Of a stretch of 38,751 nt of DNA, positions 19,984-28,143 are shown piece by piece; within the stretch, counting starts at the first letter, position 1, and every line of letters begins with the position of its first letter. The notes under the pieces are model-generated. The model saw nothing but the letters and a program-made list of their open reading frames with translations, made no database searches and was not told the origin of the DNA. This DNA is from an uncultured Rhizobiaceae bacterium (GTDB lineage: Bacteria; Pseudomonadota; Alphaproteobacteria; UBA828). Both the position numbers and the translations under genes were made by a program. The DNA lies in contig CAZUVO010000009.1 in NCBI GenBank assembly GCA_964623955.1, positions 1-38,751 on the forward strand, in the 5' to 3' direction.

Positions 19984-21345
19984 CTAGGAGATAAGGCCGT
20001 ACGCCTTGGCGAACAGCTCTATGGGGTGATAGGCGCGCCCGTCCCGCGGCAGTGTGCCGGCATCCGGTTTTTCTTCCGCGATCCGCTCCATGCCGCCGAC
20101 AATATGGCTCGCGGCCAACGGACACTCGGAGGCGACGAAGCGGTTGCCGGCTTCGAGCGCCCGGCGCGCGGTGGGTTTGCCGACTTTAAGCGCGGTCTCG
20201 TGAAAATCCTTGGTCACGCCGATCGAGCCGCCATGGCCCGAGCAGCGCTCGACCACCTCGACCTCCGCGCCGGGCACGAGCTTGAGCATATCCGCCGCCT
20301 TGTTGCCGATATTCTGCGCCCTTGCATGGCATGCCATATGAAGTGTCACGCCGCCCTCCAGCGTCTCCACACCGTCCGCCAGGCCCTCGCCGCGGGCGAT
20401 GGCGACGACATATTCGGTTATGTCGAAGCTGTGCTCGGCGAGGCGCTTTACCGCCGGGTCGTCGGGCAGGATGAGCGGCCATTCGAGCTTCAGCATCAGC
20501 GCGCAGCTCGGCACCAGAGCGACAATGTCATAGCCCTTGTCGATCCAGCCGCCGAGCTCCGCCGCGGTCTTCTGGGCGTTCTCGGCGACGCGGGCGATAT
20601 CGCCTTGTTCGAGCTGCGGCATGCCACAGCAGCGCGGATAGACCACTTCGCAGTCGACGCCGTTATGCGCCAGCACGTTGAGCGCGGCTTCGCCGATGGC
20701 GGGCGAATTGTAATTGGCGAAGCAGGTGGCGTAGAGCGCGACCTTGCGGCCATGGGCCGGCGCGGCGCTGTTGACCGCGGGCGGGTTCCTGCGCGCGCGG
20801 CGCACCAGGGTGGGGTTGTGATAGCGCGGCAGGGGCGCGGCGCGGTGCACGCCGGCGAGCATTTCCATGAACAGCCGGCTGATCCGGTTGTTCCTGTTCG
20901 CGCCCCAATTCATCAGCGGCGCGAGGAAACGCGCGAGGCGGCCATTCTTGTCGGTCTCGGCGAGGCGCGGGCTGGCCGAGGTCGGCGCCTGGCCGTGGCG
21001 GTGCTGCATGGCGCGGTAGCGCAGCATGAGATGGGGGAAATCGATATTCCATTCATGCGGCGGGGTGTAGGGGCACTTGGTCATGAAGCACATGTCGCAG
21101 AGTGTGCAGTCGTCGACCACGCTCGGAAAATCGGTTGAGGAGACGCCGTCCATCTCGCCGCTCTTGGATTCATCGACCAGATCGAACAGCCGCGGAAAGG
21201 AACCGCACAGGCTGAAGCAGCGCCGGCAGCCATGGCAGATATCGAACACCCGGCGCATTTCCGCGTCGAGCGCTTCGGCGTTGAAATATTCAGGGTCGCG
21301 CCAGGCGATGGGATGGCGCGTCGGTGCGCCGGGATCGGCTTCCAT
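19984..21345 (-). CDS. Fe-S oxidoreductase, heterodisulfide reductase D / GlpC-like (two 4Fe-4S motifs plus CCG domains)
   Basis: 453 aa with CHGCRRCFSLC and CTLCDMCFMTKCP ferredoxin-type motifs. The C-terminal cysteine-rich part includes PRCCGMP (CCG motif) and ERCSGHGG. Confidence 0.85.
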   Translation of the reverse strand: MEADPGAPTRHPIAWRDPEYFNAEALDAEMRRVFDICHGCRRCFSLCGSFPRLFDLVDESKSGEMDGVSSTDFPSVVDDCTLCDMCFMTKCPYTPPHEWNIDFPHLMLRYRAMQHRHGQAPTSASPRLAETDKNGRLARFLAPLMNWGANRNNRISRLFMEMLAGVHRAAPLPRYHNPTLVRRARRNPPAVNSAAPAHGRKVALYATCFANYNSPAIGEAALNVLAHNGVDCEVVYPRCCGMPQLEQGDIARVAENAQKTAAELGGWIDKGYDIVALVPSCALMLKLEWPLILPDDPAVKRLAEHSFDITEYVVAIARGEGLADGVETLEGGVTLHMACHARAQNIGNKAADMLKLVPGAEVEVVERCSGHGGSIGVTKDFHETALKVGKPTARRALEAGNRFVASECPLAASHIVGGMERIAEEKPDAGTLPRDGRAYHPIELFAKAYGLIS

Positions 21346-21440
21346 CTCGCTTGCCTATCGGGTTGCGCCTGGCGAAAGGCGGTGCAGCGAGGCTTCCGGC
21401 TGGCTGGCCGAAAGCTCCGCCGCACTAAGCTCAGTCGCGA

Positions 21441-21857
21441 TTAAAGCGCATCCAAAGCTTGCTGGAAGCGCCCGGCGTGAGATTTCTCGGCCTTGGCCAA
21501 GGTCTCGAACCAGTCGGCAATCTCGTCAAAGCCTTCGTCGCGCGCGGTGCGCGCCATGCCCGGATACATGTCCGTATATTCATGGGTCTCGCCGGCAACG
21601 GAGGCCGCGAGATTGGCCGAGGTTTCGCCGATCGGCAGACCGGTTGCCGGATCGCCCGTCTCCTGCAGATAGTCGAGATGGCCATGGGCATGGCCGGTCT
21701 CGCCTTCGGCGGTGGAGCGGAAGAGGGTCGAGACGTCGTTGAAGCCTTCGACATCCGCCTTGCGCGCGAAATAGAGGTAGCGTCTGTTCGCCTGGCTCTC
21801 GCCCGCGAAAGCGTCTTTCAAATTCTGTTCGGTCTCAGTCCCTTTCAATGCCGGCAT
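21441..21857 (-). CDS. Rubrerythrin-family di-iron protein (no rubredoxin domain)
   Basis: [27 protein letters not shown]...[11 protein letters not shown]...[12 protein letters not shown]...AEKSHAGRF shows ExxH di-iron ligand motifs. ATG 21857 is preferred (GGGAGAG SD 7-8 nt upstream) over ATG 21872. Confidence 0.88.
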   Translation of the reverse strand: MPALKGTETEQNLKDAFAGESQANRRYLYFARKADVEGFNDVSTLFRSTAEGETGHAHGHLDYLQETGDPATGLPIGETSANLAASVAGETHEYTDMYPGMARTARDEGFDEIADWFETLAKAEKSHAGRFQQALDAL

Positions 21858-21936
21858 CGGCTTCTCTCCCATTATGTTGCGTTCGCAGAGCGGTGCCCGC
21901 GCGGATTGGCCCGCGCGAATTCATACTCGACGGCCT

Positions 21937-21965
21937 GTTATGCCGCAGGCGCGCGGCGCCGTCAA
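21937..21965 (-). promoter_or_regulatory. Candidate promoter of the rubrerythrin operon
   Basis: Minus strand reads TTGACG (21965-21960), a 17-nt spacer, then CATAAC (21942-21937), immediately downstream of the ICE box. It has the same architecture as the rpsT candidate promoter. Confidence 0.3.
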
Positions 21966-21970
21966 GTAGA

Positions 21971-21987
21971 TTTAGAATGATTCTAAA
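21971..21987. promoter_or_regulatory. Iron control element (ICE), Irr-binding palindrome
   Basis: TTTAGAA-TGA-TTCTAAA exactly matches the published Irr ICE consensus TTTAGAA-N3-TTCTAAA. It lies 114 nt upstream of the rubrerythrin ATG and 54 nt downstream of the irr stop. Confidence 0.8.
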
Positions 21988-22040
21988 TATCAATGGATGG
22001 ACGCCCGGGCAGTGAAAACTGCCCAGGCGAAGTGTCGGCG

Positions 22041-22469
22041 TTAACCGGCAGTGTCGCCGTTTTTCACCCGGATGATGATGTCGATGCGCGAAACTTCCGC
22101 ACCCTCGGGAAGCGCCGGCAGATCGCCAATCGCGACATTGTCGCCGGAGACGTCGCGCAACATGCCGCTATCCTCGAAATAGAGGTGATGATGGGCGCTC
22201 ACATTGGTGTCGAAATAGGAGCGGCCGGCATCGACGACCAATTCGCGCAGCAAGCCCGCGGCGGTGAATTGGTGCAGGGTGTTGTAAACGGTGGCAAGAG
22301 AGACGCTGTTCCCCTGGCTGAGCGATTCGGAATGAAGCTGCTCCGCCGTGACATGCCGATCCGCGCCGGTAAAGAGCTGGCGGGCGAGCGCGAGACGTTG
22401 GCGCGTCGGCCTCAGCCCGGCGTCGCGAACCAGTTCGATAATATCTTCGGATTTGGCTGTCTGGCGCAT
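22041..22469 (-). CDS. irr: Iron response regulator Irr (Fur superfamily)
   Basis: 142 aa: AGLRPTRQRLALARQLF...HVTAEQL...VSLATVYNTLHQFTAAGLLRE...YFDTNVSAHHHLYFED...PEGAEVSRIDIIIRV. It is colinear with Bradyrhizobium Irr as I recall it, including the HHH motif. The N-terminal CP heme-regulatory motif is absent. Confidence 0.9.
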   Translation of the reverse strand: MRQTAKSEDIIELVRDAGLRPTRQRLALARQLFTGADRHVTAEQLHSESLSQGNSVSLATVYNTLHQFTAAGLLRELVVDAGRSYFDTNVSAHHHLYFEDSGMLRDVSGDNVAIGDLPALPEGAEVSRIDIIIRVKNGDTAG

Positions 22470-22514
22470 GTTTCGTTCCGCGAATGTTGACAGGCGTCAC
22501 CTGCCTCGTTGCAC

Positions 22515-22542
22515 AAGATAGAGCAGAACAACCCTAAATCAA
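22515..22542 (-). promoter_or_regulatory. Candidate irr promoter
   Basis: Minus strand reads TTGATT (22542-22537), a 16-nt spacer, then TATCTT (22520-22515), in the AT-rich spacer upstream of irr. Confidence 0.25.
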
Positions 22543-22618
22543 GAATGGATTTGAAATTATTGCCAAGAAAGCATTTTTTCTTTTCGCACCCGGCCGTTTG
22601 GCTATTACGAAAGCGGTA

Positions 22619-24016
22619 CTAATCGCCGGTCAGCATCCGGTTGACGAGCTGTTTTACCGAGGGAATGAAGCCGTTTGAATAGAACGGATCCGAGGCGAAG
22701 CGATAGGCGCCGTGGCCGGAAAACATCAGCTGATTGTCGACATTGTCGTCATGGATGATGTCTTGCAGGGTCTTTTGGATGCAGAAGCTGCGCGGATCGA
22801 CTTTCTTGCCGGTGGTGCCGTCCGGATTGGTCGACCAGTTGCTGAAGCGGCAGGACGAAAGGCACCCCATGCACGCCGCCTGATCGTTGCGGATTTCCCG
22901 CGCCTTTTCGTCGGTAACGAATATGAGGGTCGAATCCGGCGTCTTCATCACCCGGCCGAAGCCTTTGCGCAGCCATTCCTGGGCGCGTTTGAAGTCGCCC
23001 TTGGTTAGATAGAAGGAGCGCCCGCGCGGCCCTGGGGTCAGCTCCTGGTCATGATCGCCGAGCGGCTCCGACGTAAAGGCCACCTGGCGGTTCTCGCGTT
23101 CCTCCAGCTCCTGGATGAATTTGTTGCGCACGGCGGAGGAATAAAACCCGGTCGGGCTGAACTTGTTGAGGCCGACATCGCCTTTTTTCAGGGTCAGCAA
23201 GCGCTGCTTCCAGCTTTCGGAGATCGGGCTTTCCTCGGTTACGAGAGGACGCGTGCCATATTGAAAGGCGATCGGGCCGAGCTCCGGATTGTCGATCCAG
23301 TCTTGCCAGTCGCGTAGGTACCAGACGCCGCCGGCCATGATGATCGGCACCTTCTGCAGGCCGAAACTGTTCATCAGGGTGCGCAGGTCGCGCACGCGCG
23401 GATAGGGGTCTTCCGGCGCATTCGGGTCCTCGCTATTGGAAAGGCCGTTATGGCCGCCGGCGCGCCACGGATCCTCATAGACCACGCCGCCCAAAAGGTC
23501 GGAAAACTTGTGATAGGCGCGTTTCCACAGCGCCCGGAAGGCGCGGCCCGACGAGACGATCGGGTAGTAATGAATCTGATATTGATGGGCGATTTCGGCG
23601 ATGCGGTAGGGCATGCCGGCGCCGCAGGTGACGCCATGAATCAGGCCCTTGCTGCGCTCCATGATGGCGCGCAGGATTCTCTCGCTCGCCGCCATTTCCC
23701 ACAGAATGTTCATGTGCAACCGGCCTTCGCCGCCGGATGTTTCATGCGCGATCCGCGCCTGAGTCACGCCGCCTTCGACGGCGTATTTCACCAGCTCTTC
23801 ATGACGCTCCCGGCGCGTGCGGCCGCGATAGATCTGCGGGATCACCCGGCCGTTTGCATCGTAGGAATCCGCGTTGACCCCGGAGAAGGTGCCGACCGCA
23901 CCGGCGGCCGCCCAGGCGCCGGAGGAAAGACCGTTGGTCACGCCGATGCCCTTGCCGCCTTCGATGATCGGCAGGACCTCTTTGCCGGACAGGATCAGGG
24001 GATGAAGTGCCTTCAA
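22619..24016 (-). CDS. Nitronate monooxygenase / 2-nitropropane dioxygenase family flavoprotein (long form)
   Basis: 465 aa: LPIIEGGKGIGVTNG...HGVTCGAGMP...IIMAGGVW is a TIM-barrel FMN oxidoreductase pattern. TTG start at 24016. Confidence 0.8.
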   Translation of the reverse strand: MKALHPLILSGKEVLPIIEGGKGIGVTNGLSSGAWAAAGAVGTFSGVNADSYDANGRVIPQIYRGRTRRERHEELVKYAVEGGVTQARIAHETSGGEGRLHMNILWEMAASERILRAIMERSKGLIHGVTCGAGMPYRIAEIAHQYQIHYYPIVSSGRAFRALWKRAYHKFSDLLGGVVYEDPWRAGGHNGLSNSEDPNAPEDPYPRVRDLRTLMNSFGLQKVPIIMAGGVWYLRDWQDWIDNPELGPIAFQYGTRPLVTEESPISESWKQRLLTLKKGDVGLNKFSPTGFYSSAVRNKFIQELEERENRQVAFTSEPLGDHDQELTPGPRGRSFYLTKGDFKRAQEWLRKGFGRVMKTPDSTLIFVTDEKAREIRNDQAACMGCLSSCRFSNWSTNPDGTTGKKVDPRSFCIQKTLQDIIHDDNVDNQLMFSGHGAYRFASDPFYSNGFIPSVKQLVNRMLTGD

Positions 24017-24123
24017 TTCCGTCTCGCTCTCTAAGGGGGCGGTCGCGCGGTCCGCGTCTCGGCGAACCGCGCCTCGTCTCGCATAAGGACCAATTTGGAC
24101 GATTCGAGGCCCACGTCAAGCCC

Positions 24124-24150
24124 GCGGCGCGATTGTACCGGTCGCGCCGC
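24124..24150 (-). terminator. GC-rich hairpin downstream of pnp (candidate terminator or 3' stabiliser, no U-tract)
   Basis: GCGGCGCGA (24124-24132) and TCGCGCCGC (24142-24150) are exact reverse complements with a 9-nt loop. It lies 27 nt after the pnp stop. Confidence 0.35.
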
Positions 24151-24176
24151 CGGGCCGCGAACGCCCTAGGTCCGGA

Positions 24177-26297
24177 TCAACCGGCTTCCGCCTGCTTGCT
24201 GATGTCCTCGCCGGTTTCCTGATTGACGACCTTCATGCTGAGCTTGATCTTGCCGCGGTCGTCGATGCCGAGCACCTTGACCTTGACCATATCGCCCTCA
24301 TTGAGCACGTCGCTGACCGCGCCGATCCGGTTCGGCGCGATCTCGCTGATATGAACCAGCCCATCGCGCTTGCCGATGAAGTTCACGAACGCGCCGAAAT
24401 CCATGATCTTCACCACCTTGCCGTCATAGATCTCGCCAATCTCCGGCTCCGCGATGATGTCACGGATCATATCGAGCGCGGCCTGGGCGGCCTCGGCTTC
24501 CACCGCGGCGACCTTGATCGTGCCGTCATCCTCGATATCGATCTTGGTGCCGGTGGTCTCGCAGATTTCTCGCACCACCTTGCCACCCGGGCCGATGATC
24601 TCGCGGATACGGTCCTTGGGCACGGTGATGGTGGTGATGCGCGGTGCGGTATCGCTCACCGTATCGCGTGCCGAGCCGATTGCCTTGGCCATTTCCCCCA
24701 AAATATGGAGACGGCCCTCATTCGCCTGTTCGAGGGCGTTCTCCATGATTTCCTTGGTGATGCTGGTGATCTTGATATCCATCTGCAGCGATGTGATGCC
24801 GACTTCCGTGCCGGCCACTTTGAAGTCCATGTCGCCGAGATGATCCTCGTCGCCGAGAATATCGCTCAACACCGCATAATCGTCGCCTTCCTTGATCAGG
24901 CCCATGGCGATACCCGCCACCGGGCGGGCGAGCGGAACGCCGGCATCCATCAAGGAGAGGGAGGTGCCGCACACCGTCGCCATTGAAGACGAGCCGTTCG
25001 ACTCGGTGATCTCGGAGACCACGCGGATGGTGTAGGGAAAATCCTCCGCCGTCGGCAGAAGCGGATGCACCGCGCGCCAGGCGAGCTTGCCATGGCCGAT
25101 TTCACGCCGGCCGGGGCCGCGCAGAAAACGCGCTTCGCCGACAGAGTAGGGCGGGAAATTATAGTGCAGCATGAAGCGCTCGCGATATTCGCCTTCGAGC
25201 ACATCCATGATCTGTTCGTCCTGGCCGGTGCCGAGGGTCGCGACCACCAGCGCCTGGGTCTCGCCGCGGGTAAAGAGCGCCGAGCCATGGCTGCGCGGCA
25301 GAATGCCGACCTCGCTCACGATCTGGCGCACATCCCGCGTGCCGCGCCCGTCGATACGTTCGCTGGTTTTTAGAATCTGCGAGCGCACGATATCGCGTTC
25401 GATATCCTTGAGAATCGAACCCATATCGCCAGGCGTCTCGCCATCGCCATCCACCAAATTCTCCGACACCGATTGCTTCACGCCGCTGATACGATCCTGG
25501 CGCTCGGATTTGGTCTTGATGGTGTAGGCGTCGCGCAGGCCGTCTCCCGCCAATTCGTCGATCTTGGCGACCAGGTCCGCGTCTTTCTCGACCGCGGGAA
25601 CTTCCCACGGCTCTTTGGCGCAGGCCTCGGCCAGTTGGATGATGGCATCGAATACCGGGCGCATTTGCTCATGGCCGAAGGTCACGGCGCCGAGCATGAT
25701 TTCCTCGCTCAACTCGCTGGCCTCGGATTCGACCATCAGCACGCCTTCCTGCGTGCCGGCGACCACCAGGTCGAGGTCCGATTCGAGGCGTTCCTCATTG
25801 GTCGGATTAAGAGCATATTCGCCGTTGGCATAGCCCACCCGGCAACCCGCGATCGGGCCCATGAAGGGAATGCCGGATATGGTCAAGGCGGCGGAAGCGC
25901 CGACCATGGCGACCATATCGGGATCGTTTTGCAAATCGTGCGAGACGACCGTGCAGATCACCTGCGTCTCATTGCGGAAGCCCTTGGCGAACAGCGGCCG
26001 GATGGGCCGGTCGATCAGGCGGCAGACCAGCGTCTCTTTTTCGCCGGGCCGTCCTTCGCGCTTGAAAAATCCGCCGGGAATTTTCCCCGCGGCAAATGCT
26101 TTTTCTTCGTAATTGACTGTGAGGGGGAAGAAATCCACGCCCTCGCGCGGGGTCTTTTGCGCCACCACGGTGCACAACACGGCCGATTCGCCGTAAGTCA
26201 CCAGTACGGCGCCATCGGCTTGGCGCGCCATTTTGCCGGATTCCAATACCAGCGGGCGCCCGCCCCATTCCGTCTCTATTCTCGTCACATCAAACAT
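24177..26297 (-). CDS. pnp: Polyribonucleotide nucleotidyltransferase (PNPase)
   Basis: 706 aa: [33 protein letters not shown], two RNase PH domains, then KH and S1 domains at the C-terminus. Confidence 0.97.
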   Translation of the reverse strand: MFDVTRIETEWGGRPLVLESGKMARQADGAVLVTYGESAVLCTVVAQKTPREGVDFFPLTVNYEEKAFAAGKIPGGFFKREGRPGEKETLVCRLIDRPIRPLFAKGFRNETQVICTVVSHDLQNDPDMVAMVGASAALTISGIPFMGPIAGCRVGYANGEYALNPTNEERLESDLDLVVAGTQEGVLMVESEASELSEEIMLGAVTFGHEQMRPVFDAIIQLAEACAKEPWEVPAVEKDADLVAKIDELAGDGLRDAYTIKTKSERQDRISGVKQSVSENLVDGDGETPGDMGSILKDIERDIVRSQILKTSERIDGRGTRDVRQIVSEVGILPRSHGSALFTRGETQALVVATLGTGQDEQIMDVLEGEYRERFMLHYNFPPYSVGEARFLRGPGRREIGHGKLAWRAVHPLLPTAEDFPYTIRVVSEITESNGSSSMATVCGTSLSLMDAGVPLARPVAGIAMGLIKEGDDYAVLSDILGDEDHLGDMDFKVAGTEVGITSLQMDIKITSITKEIMENALEQANEGRLHILGEMAKAIGSARDTVSDTAPRITTITVPKDRIREIIGPGGKVVREICETTGTKIDIEDDGTIKVAAVEAEAAQAALDMIRDIIAEPEIGEIYDGKVVKIMDFGAFVNFIGKRDGLVHISEIAPNRIGAVSDVLNEGDMVKVKVLGIDDRGKIKLSMKVVNQETGEDISKQAEAG

Positions 26298-26526
26298 AGT
26301 CTATTTCCCTTCTGACTGCGGGCGGCGCGCCCCATGCGCTCCGCCCCGCTCGGGAGGTCCAGGATGGTCCCCCCGTCTTTGGTCGCGGCCCTAAGGATTC
26401 ATTCCCGGCCGCACCACCAACTTGGTTATGCCGAACCTTGTACGCGGCGGCTCGGCGTGCCGCGTTCATCTGGCGTGCCAGTCTCCAATACTCTGTACGG
26501 GGATGGCCTGCGGAGCCAAGGAGCGG
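26298..26526 (-). promoter_or_regulatory. Structured rpsO-pnp intergenic leader
   Basis: This 229-nt spacer contains several GC-rich dyads. One pairs 26318-26325 with 26341-26349 (8 bp, one bulge) just upstream of the pnp SD AAGGGA. Another is CGCGGC/GCCGCG at 26443-26464. The octamer GGCGTGCC is repeated at 26454 and 26472. Confidence 0.4.
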
Positions 26527-26796
26527 CTATTTGCGCAGGCCCAAGCGCTGGATCACGTCGGCATAACGCTCGGCGTCTTCGCGCTTGAGATAATCCAGCA
26601 GGCTGCGCCGCCGACTGACCATTTTCAGGAGGCCACGGCGGGAGTGCCGGTCTTTCAAGTGGGTTTTGAAATGTCCCGTAAGATTGTTGATCCGTTCGGT
26701 CAAGATCGCGACCTGAACTTCGGGTGAGCCGGTGTCCCCGGCCGTTTTTCCGAACTCGCTCATGAGTTCGGCTTTCCGCTCAGCGGTAATCGACAT
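26527..26796 (-). CDS. rpsO: 30S ribosomal protein S15
   Basis: [57 protein letters not shown], 89 aa, canonical S15. Confidence 0.97.
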   Translation of the reverse strand: MSITAERKAELMSEFGKTAGDTGSPEVQVAILTERINNLTGHFKTHLKDRHSRRGLLKMVSRRRSLLDYLKREDAERYADVIQRLGLRK

Positions 26797-26811
26797 CTTT
26801 TACTCCGATCG

Positions 26812-27708
26812 TCAAAGGTTGAAAACGCGAAGCGGCCGGAGGCGGCCCGTTTCAATCTTGGCCAAGGCCACCAGTCGTTCGCCTGACGTGGCACGGATGG
26901 TTTCGCTATCCGTGCCGGTCACCGCTATCGTCTGGCCTGAGCGCAGACGGAGCGCGTCGCTTTCGGTCAATTCCAATGCCGGGATGTCGGCCAGCGCGGT
27001 ATCGACCGGTAGGACGTGCGCGGCGAGGCGCGCACTATGCACGAGCGTCTCTACGATATCCAGCGAAATCGCCACATTTTCGTGAAACGGACCGACCGCC
27101 GTGCGGCGCAATTGAGAGACATGGCCAACCGTTCCAAGACGCTTCGCTAAATCGCGCGCGAGCGCGCGAATATAGGTGCCTTTGCCGCAAGTCACCTCAA
27201 ATGTGGCGCTTTCCGGTTCGAATTCAACCAGATCGAGTTTTTCGATCGATATCTGGCGCGGCGCGAGGGCGACCTCTTCGCCGCTTCGCGCCAGCGCATA
27301 GGCGCGCTTGCCGGCGACTTTGAGCGCCGAATAGACTGGCGGGATCTGGCTGATTTCGCCGGTAAATTCCGCCAACACCGCTTCGATATCGGCTTTCGTC
27401 GGGCGAACCGGGCTGGTTTCGCTGACCTTGCCCTCGCAATCGTCGGTCTCGCGCGCTTCGCCCCAGCTTGCCGTGAACCGGTAGCTTTTGCTCCCCGCCA
27501 TGGCGTAGGCCACGGTTTTGGTCGCTTCGCCGATGGCGATCGGCAGGATGCCGGTGGCGAGGGGGTCGAGCGTGCCGCCATGCCCCACTTTGCGCCCGCC
27601 GGCGAGGCGCTTGATGCGGCCGACGATCTTGGCCGAGCTCGGCCCGGCCGGCTTGTCGATTACGAGCCAGCCGTTGAGCGCCCCCGGTGCAGCCGAGGGC
27701 TCAGTCAT
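26812..27708 (-). CDS. truB: tRNA pseudouridine(55) synthase
   Basis: GWLVIDKPAGPSSAKIVGRIKRLAGGRKVGHGGTLDPLATGILPIAIGEATK includes the catalytic Asp motif GTLDP. Length is 298 aa. Confidence 0.95.
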   Translation of the reverse strand: MTEPSAAPGALNGWLVIDKPAGPSSAKIVGRIKRLAGGRKVGHGGTLDPLATGILPIAIGEATKTVAYAMAGSKSYRFTASWGEARETDDCEGKVSETSPVRPTKADIEAVLAEFTGEISQIPPVYSALKVAGKRAYALARSGEEVALAPRQISIEKLDLVEFEPESATFEVTCGKGTYIRALARDLAKRLGTVGHVSQLRRTAVGPFHENVAISLDIVETLVHSARLAAHVLPVDTALADIPALELTESDALRLRSGQTIAVTGTDSETIRATSGERLVALAKIETGRLRPLRVFNL

Positions 27709-28087
27709 CGCGCGGTGCGAGATCGTTCAGCAATTCATCGATATGGTGCGATTCTTCGAACGACCGGTCGAGCTCGAAGGTGAGCGCCGGTGCGAATTTG
27801 AGCTTCACCCGCCGCGCCACTTCGGAGCGGAGATAGGGTGCGGCGCGCCCAAGCGCCTCGACGATGGCCTCGCCGTCGCCGCCGCCCAGCGGCATGACGA
27901 AAATCCGCGCCTGCTTGAGATCGGGCGAGGGCCGCACTTCGGTAACCGTTATCGGTGTCCCGCTCAGCGCCGGATCGCGAATCGGTGCGCGCGCGAAGGT
28001 GTCGGTCAACGCCTCCCGGAGGAGTTCGCCGACGCGCAATTGACGCTGACTGGGAGCCCGCGATCGGTTTGCGTTTGCGCCTGCCAT
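27701..28087 (-). CDS. rbfA: Ribosome-binding factor A
   Basis: From ATG 28087 (GGAAAG SD upstream): ...SQRQLRVGELLREALTDTFAR...ITVTEVRPSPDLKQARIFV, an RbfA KH-like pattern. It overlaps the truB start by 8 nt. Confidence 0.9.
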   Translation of the reverse strand: MAGANANRSRAPSQRQLRVGELLREALTDTFARAPIRDPALSGTPITVTEVRPSPDLKQARIFVMPLGGGDGEAIVEALGRAAPYLRSEVARRVKLKFAPALTFELDRSFEESHHIDELLNDLAPRDD

Positions 28088-28108
28088 GGTTCGGCTTTCC
28101 ATCACGGA

Positions 28109-28131
28109 GAACGATGTCGATTACATCGTTC
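28109..28131 (-). other. Perfect 9-bp intercistronic hairpin between infB and rbfA
   Basis: GAACGATGT-CGATT-ACATCGTTC read directly from the sequence. It lies between the infB stop (28144) and the rbfA start (28087). Confidence 0.55.
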
Positions 28132-28143
28132 CTCGGCCGGAGA

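Noticed and set aside
22565-22582. AAGAAA/TTTCTT dyad downstream of the nitronate monooxygenase gene as a terminator, and a Fur-box-like AT-rich stretch (about 22540-22565) upstream of irr.
   Set aside because: The stem is only A-T pairs plus a single G-C pair and is not followed by a proper U-tract in the gene's orientation. Similarity to the Fur box is too loose to call without a matrix scan.
27076-27089. parS-like half-site (ATTTTCGTGAAACG), checked because a ParB-like gene is present.
   Set aside because: It lacks two bases of the 16-bp palindrome TGTTTCACGTGAAACA, lies inside the truB coding sequence, and is about 10 kb from the ParB-like gene.
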